A stretch of DNA of 64,000 bases from an uncultured Candidatus Saccharibacteria bacterium (GCA_964404795.1 CAYOLI010000002.1:7766-71765), one strand, 5' to 3'. Positions 43,092 to 51,417 are shown, numbered from the stretch's first letter. Notes: generated from the sequence alone by a model not told the origin. Program-made: numbers and translations.

Positions 43092-44525
43092 TTATAAAAG
43101 CTTATCCGGAGCATCAACCTTAATGCGTTCCTTGGATAACTCGCAATACTCTTTTGAGATATCGATACCGATATAGTTTCTATCTAGGTTCTTAGACGCG
43201 ACAAGCACTGAGCCAGAACCAACAAACGGATCAAGCACAATGCCCCCTATAGGGCAAAAACAATCTATCAGGTCTATCGGTATTTGGTCTGGGAAGACGG
43301 CTGGATGTTTTCTTTTTAGCGGGTTTTTGTCTCCAGCATTAAGGTAGTTCCAAATAGTACCTCGGCATTTTGTTGGGTTAATCGGCCTGGTAACTGTTTT
43401 CGTAGTCGTACCATCTGTTTTACGATTTCCGCTGCCTGTCATAATTTTCCCTCCATGTTTTGACGGAATTTTTAGTCTCTCTTTGTTAAAATATTGCGGC
43501 CTATCACCCTTTATAAAAATAGGGATGTACTCGTGGTCTACGCGAAAACGATTTTTCCACCAAGCACCTTCAGTCCCATGCTTTCGATAAATGACAGTTT
43601 CAAATAGCTTGAAGCCAATATTATCAACCCAGTCAACAATTGTCCGAAAAGACGTCATGGTCTTGCCAAAATTCTTTGTCTGATCCTGAATAACCATCGC
43701 TACTATTCCTCCATCTTTGAGCACTCTATATAACTCCTTACCGGTGGCGTGAAGATCGAATTCAAAACCGTTATAGCTCCTCACATTATCGTATGGAGGC
43801 GACGTAACCACCATATCTACCGAATTATCCGGAATCTTCCTCATCACCTCGACAGAGTCGCCCCAAATGACCTTGTTAATTGGGACTGCTTGTTTTTTTA
43901 TGTCTTTATTTACAAAATTAATGTCGAGAGATAGACTGTGCAACGTCTTAATAATTTCAATCACTACCCCTAAAATTTTCGTATTTTCTAAGGAGCTATA
44001 CTGATGTTGTTTGTTTGCAAACTGGATGTTAATTTGAGCGCCCGATTTAACCAAAGACCCCACCAAATACTTTCCTTTATCAGTTACTGTAACTACCTTT
44101 TTACCATTCGCAAGAACATTGGATTCGCCAATAATTAACAAATCACCATCGTCAATGCCTTCTTCTTTTAGATACTCTCCACTAACCAAGAAAGCAAAAA
44201 CATTATCATACTTATTAACTTTACTCCTGGGTAAACCAATAACTTCTCGAGTATCTGTGGTCTGCAATAAAATATCGCCAGATAGGGTGCCAACTACTGA
44301 AACTTGTACCATTGGCTCGTTTTCTATTACAGATATTCCGCGATGAACGCTACTATCTTTATTAATTTTGCCGTATTTTTCTAATTTGTTAATGTGGTAC
44401 GCAACGGTAGACACCGACGACAAATGAAACTCTCTTTTGATTTCTTCAAACGAAGGTGATAAATTGTTCTTCTGATAGTATTCTTTTATAAATTTTAATA
44501 TATCTTTTTGTCTCTGAGTCATCAT
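43092..44525 (-). CDS. fusion protein: LexA-like repressor (wHTH + catalytically inactive S24 fold) joined to a beta-class N4/N6 DNA methyltransferase
   Basis: The N-terminus MTQRQKDILKFIKEYYQKNNLSPSFEEIKREFHLSSVSTVAYHINKLEKYG aligns with the LexA DNA-binding domain. FAFLVSGEYLKEEGIDDGDLLII...ILGVVIEIIK aligns with the S24 domain. Then come DSVDMVVTSPPY (motif IV) and, later, VLDPFVGSGS (motif I). The start is placed at the ATG-ATG at 44525/44522, because the tracked upstream extension runs through the promoter. Confidence 0.8.
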   Translation of the reverse strand: MMTQRQKDILKFIKEYYQKNNLSPSFEEIKREFHLSSVSTVAYHINKLEKYGKINKDSSVHRGISVIENEPMVQVSVVGTLSGDILLQTTDTREVIGLPRSKVNKYDNVFAFLVSGEYLKEEGIDDGDLLIIGESNVLANGKKVVTVTDKGKYLVGSLVKSGAQINIQFANKQHQYSSLENTKILGVVIEIIKTLHSLSLDINFVNKDIKKQAVPINKVIWGDSVEVMRKIPDNSVDMVVTSPPYDNVRSYNGFEFDLHATGKELYRVLKDGGIVAMVIQDQTKNFGKTMTSFRTIVDWVDNIGFKLFETVIYRKHGTEGAWWKNRFRVDHEYIPIFIKGDRPQYFNKERLKIPSKHGGKIMTGSGNRKTDGTTTKTVTRPINPTKCRGTIWNYLNAGDKNPLKRKHPAVFPDQIPIDLIDCFCPIGGIVLDPFVGSGSVLVASKNLDRNYIGIDISKEYCELSKERIKVDAPDKLL

Positions 44526-44532
44526 GTAACAA

Positions 44533-44561
44533 ATTATAGAAAATATATAGAAAATTATCAA
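44533..44561 (-). promoter_or_regulatory. sigma70-like promoter TTGATA-17-TATAAT ending 7 nt before the ATG (leaderless-type), overlapped by tandem TTTTCTATA repeats
   Basis: Minus strand reads TTGATAATTTTCTATATATTTTCTATAATTTGTTAC-ATGATG. The 9-bp direct repeats (plus-strand TATAGAAAA at 44535-44543 and 44546-44554) have an 11-bp period. No SD is present. Confidence 0.55.
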
Positions 44562-44606
44562 ATATTAACCTATAAAGATGTGCCCAGTCCATGGAAAATC
44601 TTAGTA

Positions 44607-44954
44607 CTACTCATCCGCCGCCAGTAAGCCGAACTTTGTTAATAGAGTAGTAAATTCTTGCGTCCTTAAAGCCGGATCGGCGACTTTAATATAATCCTTT
44701 TTTAGCATACCTAACGATTGTTTCTGTAGGTTATCGAATTCGATTACTTTTTCGGGAGTGGCATACGCTAACCCATGGTAACCACAGTCATGACACTTTA
44801 GTGCAAGCAGGTAATGGTGCGTTCCGTGCCTTCTAGATGCCGGGATGATGCTATCGTCGAAGTCGAGAAAGTTTTTGTTACAATCGGGGCAACAGTCGAT
44901 TCTTGGTTCTTGATCAAAATATTTTTCTTTTTCCCAGTCTATAAATTCGCTCAT
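44607..44954 (-). CDS. small zinc-ribbon protein (hypothetical)
   Basis: CPDC...CHDC gives four Cys ligands. It has its own TTGCAA-17-TATAAC promoter-like element (44964-44992), 9 nt upstream of the ATG, and no SD. Confidence 0.55.
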   Translation of the reverse strand: MSEFIDWEKEKYFDQEPRIDCCPDCNKNFLDFDDSIIPASRRHGTHHYLLALKCHDCGYHGLAYATPEKVIEFDNLQKQSLGMLKKDYIKVADPALRTQEFTTLLTKFGLLAADE

Positions 44955-44993
44955 TATAAACTTGTTATAGTACAGATGGGTAGTTTTTGCAAA

Positions 44994-45701
44994 CTAGCTA
45001 ATTTTTGTACCGACTTCTTGTCCCTTGGCGGCTCTTGAAATATTGAGGTGCTTCATGGCATCGAAAACTATTATTGGCATCTGGTGTTCCATGGCCATGC
45101 CAAGGGCTGCTTTGTCCATGATTTTAATACTATTGTCTTCGACAGCTTGCTGAAATGACAAATACTCATATTTGTTAGCGTCTTTGTGGGTGAGTGGGTC
45201 TTTGTCGTATACTCCATCAACCTTGGTAGCTTTTAAAACTATCTCGCAATCCAGTTCTAGTGACAAGACAATTGACGCAGTATCGGTGGTTAAATACGGT
45301 CTGCCCGTGCCGCCAGCGGTAATAACTACTCTACCTTTTTCAAGGTGCTTGTTGGCAAGTCGATGGATAAACGGCTCTGCCACCTGATCTGCAAAAATAC
45401 TACTGAGACAACGAGTTTTTATGCCGTTATGCTCGAAGATATCGGTGAGAGCCAGGGCATTTATCATAGTCCCCAGCATTCCCATATGGTCTGCGGTAAC
45501 TCGCTGTATGCCATGTCCTGCTATTCTTGCTCCACGCACAAAATTACCGCCACCAATCATAATCACGATTTGTGTACCATCGGAGGCAGCGTCTTTAACC
45601 TCGTGCGCAAGCCAACTAGCTATCTCTAGATCGATTCCACCATCGTACTTGCCAGAAAGTTGTTCGCCGGACAACTTTAAGAGTACTCTTTTGTATTTCA
45701 C
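44994..45701 (-). CDS. pyrH: UMP kinase
   Basis: KRVLLKLSGE...GGGNFVRG...TTDTA motifs. Confidence 0.9.
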   Translation of the reverse strand: MKYKRVLLKLSGEQLSGKYDGGIDLEIASWLAHEVKDAASDGTQIVIMIGGGNFVRGARIAGHGIQRVTADHMGMLGTMINALALTDIFEHNGIKTRCLSSIFADQVAEPFIHRLANKHLEKGRVVITAGGTGRPYLTTDTASIVLSLELDCEIVLKATKVDGVYDKDPLTHKDANKYEYLSFQQAVEDNSIKIMDKAALGMAMEHQMPIIVFDAMKHLNISRAAKGQEVGTKIS

Positions 45702-45751
45702 TAGTACGTTAGTGTATCAGAGGACTGCCAAATGATACAATAAAAACAGCT

Positions 45752-46549
45752 ATGAGGTTATATTCTTGGAATGTCAACGGTATCCGAGCAGTCATTAATA
45801 AGGGCGTTTTTAATGAATTTATTGCGGAGCATCAGCCAGACATTCTATGCCTACAAGAAACCAAAGCAATGCGCGGGCAAGTAGAGATTGATTTACCTGA
45901 TTATGAAGAATTTTGGAACTCCGCAGAAAAGAAGGGCTACTCTGGAACTGCCATATTTTCGAGAATAAAGCCCATTAATGTTGTTAACGACCTGCTTCCG
46001 GAAGTTGTTAACCAGTATAATTTAAATGACAAATTTGGAGACACCAACAAAGAGGGAAGGGTAATATCGGCCGAATTCGAAAAATTTTGGGTAGTGAGCG
46101 TCTACACACCAAACTCCAAAGGAGATCTAAGTCGGCTTAATCTACGGTACAACTCCTGGGATCCCGCGTTCTTAAAACACCTGACGCTACTAGGCAAAAA
46201 CAAGCCGGTAATTTTTGCTGGTGATCTAAATGTTGCTCATCAAGAAATTGACCTGGCTAACCCGAAACCAAATATTGGAAAACACGGGTTTACCTATGAA
46301 GAAAGGGAGGGGTTCGATAAATTAATAAAAGCTGGTTTTGCTGATACTTTTCGATTTTTGCAGCCAAACCGTAAAGACGCATACACTTGGTGGACCCATT
46401 GGGCTAATGCAAGGGCTAGAAATATCGGCTGGCGAATAGATTATTGGCTAATAGATCAAACGTTAAGTGCTAAATTAAAATCTGCCGAAATCCATCCCGA
46501 CGTTCTGGGGTCAGATCATTGCCCAGTTAGTATAGAAATTGATATATGA
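45752..46549 (+). CDS. xth: exodeoxyribonuclease III
   Basis: MRLYSWNVNGIRA...CLQETK...GDLNVAH...GSDHCPV. Confidence 0.9.
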   Translation: MRLYSWNVNGIRAVINKGVFNEFIAEHQPDILCLQETKAMRGQVEIDLPDYEEFWNSAEKKGYSGTAIFSRIKPINVVNDLLPEVVNQYNLNDKFGDTNKEGRVISAEFEKFWVVSVYTPNSKGDLSRLNLRYNSWDPAFLKHLTLLGKNKPVIFAGDLNVAHQEIDLANPKPNIGKHGFTYEEREGFDKLIKAGFADTFRFLQPNRKDAYTWWTHWANARARNIGWRIDYWLIDQTLSAKLKSAEIHPDVLGSDHCPVSIEIDI

Positions 46550-47253
46550 TGTCACGGAAATTTGCGGTCTTTGACATAGATGGGACTCTGATTCGTTGGC
46601 AGCTTTACCACGCGATTGTAGACCAAATCGTTAATCTTGGATATCCAAACGAAAATGCAAAGCATAAACTCAAAAAAGCTAGAATGGTCTGGAAAAACCG
46701 TCAGTACGAAGAGGCCTTCTCGGACTATGAAAAAGAGCTGATTCGGATCTATGAGTCATCTTTTAATGAATTGCGCCCAGAGCAATTTGATCAGTTGGTC
46801 GATGGGGTAATTGATAGGTACAAAGACCAAGTTTACACGTTTACCCGAGATCTGGTACAAGATTTAAGACAAAAAGGATATTTTCTAATTGCAATTTCTG
46901 GGTCACACCAAGAACTTGTCGAAAAACTTGCTCAATATTACAATTTCGACAGTTGGGTCGGTACAAAATACGAAAGGATACATGGCAAGTTTAGCGGTAA
47001 AAAATATGTACCAAGCATGAACAAGTCAGCAGTACTGCATAAAATCATTACTGAAAACAATCTTGCTATGGACGACAGTTACGCAGTGGGCGATACCATC
47101 AGTGATCTGCCAGTTCTAGAAATGGTAGACAATCCTATTGCATTTAATCCAGAAAAAAAATTGCTTGAAGCTTCTTCAAATAACGGCTGGAAGATAGTTA
47201 TAGAACGCAAAAATGTAATATACCAACTAGACAGCAAAAACCGAACATGGTAA
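46546..47253 (+). CDS. HAD-IB family hydrolase (SerB-like)
   Basis: FAVFDIDGTLI (DxDGT motif I)...ISGS...GDTISDLP. Confidence 0.75.
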   Translation: MMSRKFAVFDIDGTLIRWQLYHAIVDQIVNLGYPNENAKHKLKKARMVWKNRQYEEAFSDYEKELIRIYESSFNELRPEQFDQLVDGVIDRYKDQVYTFTRDLVQDLRQKGYFLIAISGSHQELVEKLAQYYNFDSWVGTKYERIHGKFSGKKYVPSMNKSAVLHKIITENNLAMDDSYAVGDTISDLPVLEMVDNPIAFNPEKKLLEASSNNGWKIVIERKNVIYQLDSKNRTW

Positions 47254-47308
47254 TTTTATTTACATGAATAATATGATAAACCAGCTCCGATTGCTCCTAG
47301 GTCTACAC

Positions 47309-47399
47309 GGGCTGTGTTTACAAATGGTTGAAGCCAGGCGGATAAAACGCTAACCACCACAGCCCAAATCAACAGGCTTCAACCGAGGCCTGTTTTTTT
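47309..47399 (+). other. two consecutive hairpins; the second is an intrinsic terminator
   Basis: Outer helix GGGCTGTG (47309-47316) / CACAGCCC (47358-47365) with a nested GGTT/AACC helix. Then AACAGGC-N10-GCCTGTT (47371-47394) followed by a T run. Confidence 0.45.
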
Positions 47400-47423
47400 A
47401 TTTAAAAAAGGGATTTAATCAAA

Positions 47424-47603
47424 ATGTCAAACGAAAAAGAAATTGAAGATAGTTATGAATTTAGCCATGTAGTACCAATTACTAATCCTAGTGAAGAGAT
47501 TAGACCAGTAATTGCAGTTTCTTATGCTGGCGAAATTGTCGTAGCACAAGTAGTAAAGAAAACGTACGACCCCACCACAGATCCGCTATCTGAAGGCATC
47601 TAA
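47424..47603 (+). CDS. small acidic hypothetical protein (59 aa), just below the ORF-track cutoff
   Basis: ATG...TAA ORF reading MSNEKEIEDSYEFSHVVPITNPSEEIRPVIAVSYAGEIVVAQVVKKTYDPTTDPLSEGI, followed by a CGG/CCG hairpin and a T9 run. The SD is weak. Confidence 0.35.
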   Translation: MSNEKEIEDSYEFSHVVPITNPSEEIRPVIAVSYAGEIVVAQVVKKTYDPTTDPLSEGI

Positions 47604-47662
47604 GCGGCTAACCGTTTTTTTTTCATTTTGACTATGCAGTGCAAACTAGCTATCTTTAAGGT

Positions 47663-48442
47663 ATGCATGAGTGGATCAAGCAAGCTCACGAACCATCGTT
47701 TGCCGATCTGATATGGAGTAAGCCAAGCAATAAACAAACTGCCGGAAAATTGTTAATTATCGGTGGTAAAAGCGACAATTTTTCTTTACCTGCTAGGGCT
47801 TTTGAAATAGCAGAAAAAAATGGGGCAGGAAGCGTTAAGGTCCTGCTACCAAGCTCGCTAGAAAAGGTTGCCAAACTTTTACCCGATGTAAGGTTTGCTC
47901 CTAGCAATGCTAGTGGTGGATTCGCAGCTTCTTCTTTGGGGGAATGGCTAGATTTAGCTAGCTGGTCTGATGTATCACTTTTAGCAGGAAATATCGGCCA
48001 AAATAGCGAGACAACAACGTTAGTTGATAAATTCGTTCTTGAGCACCATAAAAACTTAGTCATCAGCCAAGATGCACTAACAAGTTGCAAAATCCCAGCC
48101 AAACAGATACTTGATTTAAATCTGGTATTAGTCATTGATTTATCTAGTTTTCAGAAAATTGGCATGTCTGCCCACCTGCAACTTACTGTTACGACCGACA
48201 CGCCTATGCATAAAATAGCTGAGCATTTAAAAACAATTTCTAGCCAGCACAATGCTCATTTGGTCATTCAAACTGCATCACATCTGTGGGTCGCATCTGA
48301 TGGACAGGTAAGTAGCACCGAGATAAATAATAAAATCCAAAATATTGATATTTCTACTTTATGTGCAATATGGAAGATGCAAAATCCCAAAAAAATCTTT
48401 GAAGCGCTTACCACAGCGTGCTATGAATTATCTGAACTTTAA
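47663..48442 (+). CDS. divergent YjeF C-terminal-like (NAD(P)HX dehydratase / carbohydrate-kinase fold) protein
   Basis: GKLLIIGGKSDNFSLPARAFEIAEKNGAGSVKVLLP resembles the family N-terminal motif. The C-terminal GxGD motif is not evident. Confidence 0.45.
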   Translation: MHEWIKQAHEPSFADLIWSKPSNKQTAGKLLIIGGKSDNFSLPARAFEIAEKNGAGSVKVLLPSSLEKVAKLLPDVRFAPSNASGGFAASSLGEWLDLASWSDVSLLAGNIGQNSETTTLVDKFVLEHHKNLVISQDALTSCKIPAKQILDLNLVLVIDLSSFQKIGMSAHLQLTVTTDTPMHKIAEHLKTISSQHNAHLVIQTASHLWVASDGQVSSTEINNKIQNIDISTLCAIWKMQNPKKIFEALTTACYELSEL

Positions 48443-49626
48443 AGCCAGTTTTTTATCCTCTGCCATAGAGTAATAGAATTACTTGGGAGCTCAACTGGCT
48501 TTGCCTCGTTGGTGATGGCGGTACTTTGAGTGTTAAGGTCCGGATTTGGGTATATTTGCTCGCCAACTACAATCAAACGATTTGTCGACATACCAGGGGG
48601 GTCACAAGTCACTAAGGTCATAGTTGCCTTTTTGTCATTCGTACCCAAAACAGATATATCTTTCGGCGAAGTAACGTACTTTTTAAATACTTTGTAGACA
48701 AATCTTTTACCATCTTTTTGAACGATAAAGGTATCACCTTCGTCTAAACTTTTTAATAGCAAAAATGCAAACTTGTATTTACCCTTATTTAAAATGTTAC
48801 TACTGCTGTGTCCAAATATTACCCCGTTGCCAAGCTCACCAGGATTTGGTGTTGTGGCGTAATGTAGTACCCCTCGCTCCAGTGCATTTTGAACATTTTT
48901 TTCATCAATGCTGGGTTCGTCGTAGACAACTGGCGCTTCGAGATTTATCTTTGGGATTATAATTTTTGGCTCTGGACCGACAGGCCCACTAGTCGAGGGA
49001 TCGGTAATGATGGGAGTCGATATGGCATAACTAGGTCTAATAAAGGGGGTGATGAACTGCTCATTAAAGAAACTAAACATTAAAATAAGCACCACTGTAC
49101 CACCCATGCTCAAACCAAAGGCCAAGGCCTTGATGTTGTGTTTGACTTTTTTGGTTCTACGATGAGTAGTTGCCCGATGAATAAGTTCTTCCTTGACGTC
49201 TGTTTGCTTGGCCCTGGCAGAAACCTGGTGGTCATGGCGACGATAATTACGACGCGTACGAGTTGTTTGCTTGGAATGTTCTTGGTCATTTAACTCTGTC
49301 TCTACTCTTGGACTGCCTTGAGTTCGTCCATCGGGTTGACGTCTTTGTTTATGCGAATCATAAAATTCTTGCCAAACTTCGTGCTTTTCCTTGTCGGAAA
49401 GCCCTTGGTAATACTCGTGCCATAGGGTCTGAATTTCGGCCATCGACCTGCCCGAATCACTCAACTCTTGCATATGTCTCTGATACTTGCTAAGACGTTG
49501 TCGAGGATCTAGCGAATCAACTTTTTGGATCTCCTCCTTTGCAGAGGGTTCATCTGAGTAAAGTGCGTCCAATTTGCGCCTTATAGCATCTGCTGCCGGA
49601 TTTGTTGATTCGTTATCTTTTGCCAT
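48439..49626 (-). CDS. sortase family transpeptidase with a long charged N-terminal cytoplasmic extension
   Basis: TM helix ALAFGLSMGGTVVLILMF, catalytic VIFGHSS, MTLVTCDPPG (TLxTC), NRLIVVG. The start is ATG 49626 or GTG 49635. Confidence 0.8.
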   Translation of the reverse strand: MAKDNESTNPAADAIRRKLDALYSDEPSAKEEIQKVDSLDPRQRLSKYQRHMQELSDSGRSMAEIQTLWHEYYQGLSDKEKHEVWQEFYDSHKQRRQPDGRTQGSPRVETELNDQEHSKQTTRTRRNYRRHDHQVSARAKQTDVKEELIHRATTHRRTKKVKHNIKALAFGLSMGGTVVLILMFSFFNEQFITPFIRPSYAISTPIITDPSTSGPVGPEPKIIIPKINLEAPVVYDEPSIDEKNVQNALERGVLHYATTPNPGELGNGVIFGHSSSNILNKGKYKFAFLLLKSLDEGDTFIVQKDGKRFVYKVFKKYVTSPKDISVLGTNDKKATMTLVTCDPPGMSTNRLIVVGEQIYPNPDLNTQSTAITNEAKPVELPSNSITLWQRIKNWL

Positions 49627-49693
49627 ACAATACACCGTACTCTGCTAGTAGAGTACCCGCTTATTATAGTACAATAACCTGGTAAAAAGATGT

Positions 49694-49778
49694 GCCGAAG
49701 TGGCGGAACTGGTAGACGCGCACGACTCAAAATCGTGTGGGGAGACCCATGAGAGTTCGAGTCTCTCCTTCGGCACCA
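49694..49778 (+). tRNA. tRNA-Leu (anticodon CAA), CCA encoded
   Basis: Acceptor GCCGAAG/CTTCGGC, anticodon stem CACGA/TCGTG with loop CTCAAAA, long variable arm, T-loop AGTTCGAGTCT. Confidence 0.9.
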
Positions 49779-49848
49779 AGATAGAATTGCTTCAAATATG
49801 GATTATCTCATTAAATAAGTACTGCCAAAATCAAATTAATACCTAATT

Positions 49849-51330
49849 CTAAAGATCTTGAGGAATACGTAGAGCCGTTTGCATTATGTCAAAACCACTC
49901 GGCTGAGGAGATACACTATACAAAAAAGTGTAGTCCCTGTTAAAGAAAGCTGGAATACTTTTATCGGCTGGTACTAATTTTTGAATATTTATACCATCGT
50001 AATCAAAAATGATTGTCTGAGAGCCATCATTAACGACAATCCGATGTCCATCCATCCAATCCGGTTTAACGGCTTGATCAAACGGAACAGACAAGTCATA
50101 ACTATATGTTCTATCATTCTCGGCATCATATACCGCAAAATGCTGAGCGCTGTTGGCCATAATAAATCTAGTGTTTTGTGAAAATTTTACTGTCTTTATT
50201 GTGTCTGTCGTTTTAAGGATAGAGATTGGAGCAGGACGTTTACCATTATTGCTATCAATGTAGTCCTGGGGGTTCTTATAGATATATACTTTCTTGTCGA
50301 CACTTGACCCAACAACCAAATACCATTTGCCATCGTATTGCGCCACGTCTAACCGAATCTCTTGGGCTGCAGGAACGTCCATAATTGTGTATGTTTTATC
50401 GCCATTCTTAAAATATATACGGTTTTTTGTGGACTCATTCACTAGTGGCTGAGAGTATAGCAAAATATCGCTACCATGTGATTTAAAGCTGGTTACGCCT
50501 GTTAAAACTTGGGCTGTTTTATTATTCTTTGAGTCAACAAATTGAAGTAGACCACCCTCCTCGGTATACAAATATAATTGATCTGGTTTTTTATCGCGTA
50601 GAAAAACCCTGGAAGGTTTTAAGTTTGTCGATCTATTGACATTAATCGATTTGGTTGGGTCATCTCTATTTAATACAATAAACTCAAAGCCATCTGAAAA
50701 TGTATGCTTCAAAAGCACATTTTTATTATCGCTAGACCACTCGACAACCTCTAGCGCATGACTACCTGTGCCTGGACTAAAAAGGCCAGCCGGAAAAATA
50801 ATATTTTTGGATGTAGGTTTTTTGTCTTTTAAAGAGTTGAGATCGTACTGAGTAAACTCGTTTAGCGTGGCGTTTCCAAGTAATACCCAACGCCTATCGG
50901 GACTTTGCATTCCTACAGTAGGCAGGGCAGTAATTGTTTGGAGAGAAGAAGGTTGAAGCTGATCTGGAATCAGCATTGGATAAGTAAAGCGCTCGACGTA
51001 ACCACCTTCTAATGCGAACTCTCGGCTCCATTCTCGGTAACCGTCTTTTTTTATACTTAAGTTATATTTTCCCTCTGGAACCGAGATCCTTGTGTTTGTA
51101 GGATTTCTCTGAATGCTTCCGTTTAGATATATCTTTGCTTTATCTGGCGCACTATCGATAAACACTAATCCGTTTCGAATAACACTACCGGAACTTCTAT
51201 CGACATCAAAACCATATGCCTGAGATACCAAAATATAAGTACCAACAATTACTAGTAAAGCCATCAGCGTGTGGCCGATTGCTAACTGTATCGATTGCCT
51301 ATTTTTCTTTCGAGGATCTAAAAAATCCAT
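49849..51330 (-). CDS. PEGA-domain membrane-anchored protein
   Basis: N-terminal TM, then a PEGA pattern (AKIYLNGSIQ...VPEGKYNLSIKKDGYREWSREF), then a large beta-rich extracellular region. Confidence 0.7.
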   Translation of the reverse strand: MDFLDPRKKNRQSIQLAIGHTLMALLVIVGTYILVSQAYGFDVDRSSGSVIRNGLVFIDSAPDKAKIYLNGSIQRNPTNTRISVPEGKYNLSIKKDGYREWSREFALEGGYVERFTYPMLIPDQLQPSSLQTITALPTVGMQSPDRRWVLLGNATLNEFTQYDLNSLKDKKPTSKNIIFPAGLFSPGTGSHALEVVEWSSDNKNVLLKHTFSDGFEFIVLNRDDPTKSINVNRSTNLKPSRVFLRDKKPDQLYLYTEEGGLLQFVDSKNNKTAQVLTGVTSFKSHGSDILLYSQPLVNESTKNRIYFKNGDKTYTIMDVPAAQEIRLDVAQYDGKWYLVVGSSVDKKVYIYKNPQDYIDSNNGKRPAPISILKTTDTIKTVKFSQNTRFIMANSAQHFAVYDAENDRTYSYDLSVPFDQAVKPDWMDGHRIVVNDGSQTIIFDYDGINIQKLVPADKSIPAFFNRDYTFLYSVSPQPSGFDIMQTALRIPQDL

Positions 51331-51417
51331 TGGCTCTTAGTATAACAAGGCTTTACGATTTGTGTATGTCGGTTTAAACTAAAGAAGTATGGTCCAAAGA
51401 AAAAGAGGGGCAAAATT

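Noticed and set aside
44526-44561. The 12-codon N-terminal extension (MIIFYIFSIICY) of the tracked LexA-MTase ORF.
   Set aside because: It is the translation of the promoter itself (TTGATA-17-TATAAT). LexA homology starts at the ATG-ATG at 44525/44522.
44600-44640. CATCCGCCGCCA near 44615 as a possible attR copy of the tRNA-Ser 3' end (CTCTCCGCCA).
   Set aside because: Only ~7 nt match and the sequence lies inside a coding region, so this is not a convincing direct repeat.
47686-48135. A 149-aa minus-strand ORF opposite the YjeF-like gene.
   Set aside because: The plus-strand frame carries the recognisable GKLLIIGG...GAGSVKVLLP motif. The antisense product has no recognisable features.
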